64,000 nucleotides of DNA, from NCBI GenBank assembly GCA_964476665.1, contig CAYZBO010000002.1, forward strand, positions 285 through 64,284. The letters run 5' to 3'. Under the pieces are notes generated by a model. That model was not told the DNA's origin. It saw only the letters and a list, made by a program, of their open reading frames with translations, and did not search any database. Made by a program: the position numbers and the translations under genes. Shown piece by piece: positions 63,051-64,000 of this stretch; position 1 is the stretch's first letter; each line of letters starts with the position of its first letter. This DNA comes from an uncultured Chryseobacterium sp. (GTDB lineage: Bacteria > Bacteroidota > Bacteroidia > Flavobacteriales_F > PHOS-HE28).

Positions 63051-64000
63051 TCACTCCTTCTTGTCGCCCCTGCCCATGTGTACCTCAAAATCGTCCGGTG
63101 TGCCGGTGATGCGTACGGTGAGGTAGCCCTTGATCAACCCCTTCTGTTCGCTGATGATCTCGGCTTCGGTCTGTTCGATGAGGGCGAGTTCATCGCGCCG
63201 CGCCTGTGAACGCAGCTTGTTGCGCAGGGTGCTCCAGCCGGCCTTGCGCACCAGGTCCAGCGGCAGCCGCAAGGTGTAGTCCATGTTCAGGTGCATGTTC
63301 TGGTGGCCGCTGAGGTGCATGTAGCCCAGGGTGCTGCTGATCTTCATTTCGGGCATGTGCAAGGTGCCGTCGGTGAAGGTGAAGCGGTTCTCCAATTCGC
63401 CGAAGCGGATGTTGTCCAGGTCCTTGCCGTCCATGAACATGGCCATGGCGTGCATGGGCGCGAAGCGTGTCAATCGACCTTCCTCAACGCGCAGGTCGGC
63501 CACCACCGTGGTATGTTCAAGGTCAGGCGTAAGGTCCGGATGCAGGTGTCCGTCCAACGTGAGGCTGCCGGTCACGCGACCGTGCAGGTTGTCGTGTACC
63601 ATAACGTCCTGCCCGAAGTTGTCGAGCTTGAACATGACCTTATCCAGCTCCACATCCTTCACGTGCATCCGGCCATGGACCACGATGCTGTCCTGTTGTC
63701 TGCCGTCCAGCAGTCCGTTCCCGTGTATGCTGCCTCCCGCAGCGCGCAGCGAGAGCGAATCGACGTGGATCCGGTGGTCCTTGGTGGTGCGCAGCTTAGC
63801 GTGCAGGTCCTCCACCAGGATACGGTGCTGGCGAAGGCGACCGATATCGGCGGTGAGCTTGAGCACGGGGAATTGCAGGGCGAAGAGGTTGAAGGCTTCG
63901 GCGTGTGCAGTGGTGTCTGTGGCGGGGCTCCACTGCGAGAGCTCGTCCAGATCAAGGTGGGTGGAGCGCACGCGGCCTTCGATGTGCTTGTTCACCAGAT
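63051..64000 (-). CDS. C-terminal part of a large AsmA-family protein (partial; continues beyond the window)
   Basis: The frame stays open to the window edge; the GTG at 63995 is only the track's first start-like codon. An AsmA_2-like C-terminal region reads ...LRVEEGRLTRFAPMHAMAMF...NIRFGELENRFTFTDGTLHMPEMKISSTLGYMHLSG. Confidence 0.7.
   Translation of the reverse strand, partial: LVNKHIEGRVRSTHLDLDELSQWSPATDTTAHAEAFNLFALQFPVLKLTADIGRLRQHRILVEDLHAKLRTTKDHRIHVDSLSLRAAGGSIHGNGLLDGRQQDSIVVHGRMHVKDVELDKVMFKLDNFGQDVMVHDNLHGRVTGSLTLDGHLHPDLTPDLEHTTVVADLRVEEGRLTRFAPMHAMAMFMDGKDLDNIRFGELENRFTFTDGTLHMPEMKISSTLGYMHLSGHQNMHLNMDYTLRLPLDLVRKAGWSTLRNKLRSQARRDELALIEQTEAEIISEQKGLIKGYLTVRITGTPDDFEVHMGRGDKKE

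Overview
GC-rich, densely coding chromosomal segment with about 60 CDS and one tRNA. I saw no rRNA, CRISPR array, transposase or integrase. It reads as a Bacteroidota genome. Four secreted proteins end in T9SS type-A C-terminal sorting domains. 13 of the 14 signal-peptidase-I sites I predicted are followed by Gln (the 'Q-rule'), and a glutaminyl-cyclase-like M28 gene lies in the window. ExbB carries a signal peptide. TAnnTTTG-type -7 boxes sit just upstream of several start codons. Most content is housekeeping: polA, cysS, recJ, tadA, dprA, gdhA, hmgA, trhO, gmk, nadD, udk, kdsB, dusB, asparaginase, TatD and tRNA-Ser(GGA). Interleaved with it is a protease-rich secretome: two S41 peptidases, a PEGA-domain S1C protease, two tandem M43 metalloproteases, a 1158-aa M36 fungalysin-type protease and an M28/QC-like enzyme. 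There are also a delta-60-repeat propeller, a Cys-rich adhesin-like T9SS cargo, a TonB-dependent receptor and an ExbB-ExbD-ExbD cluster. Many genes are coupled by 4-nt ATGA overlaps. I found no recognisable defence island, prophage or other mobile element. The best candidates for something undescribed are three. First, a LytS-type kinase/LytTR regulator pair bracketed by two S41 peptidases and a beta-barrel, with a 14-bp direct repeat in the divergent control region. Second, two separate protease + small beta-barrel gene pairs. Third, a jelly-roll module shared by the M43 and M36 proteases, plus a non-T9SS C-terminal module on the M36 enzyme. All functional calls come from reading motifs in the translated ORFs; no database search was run. 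The long antisense ORFs in the track are treated as high-GC artefacts.
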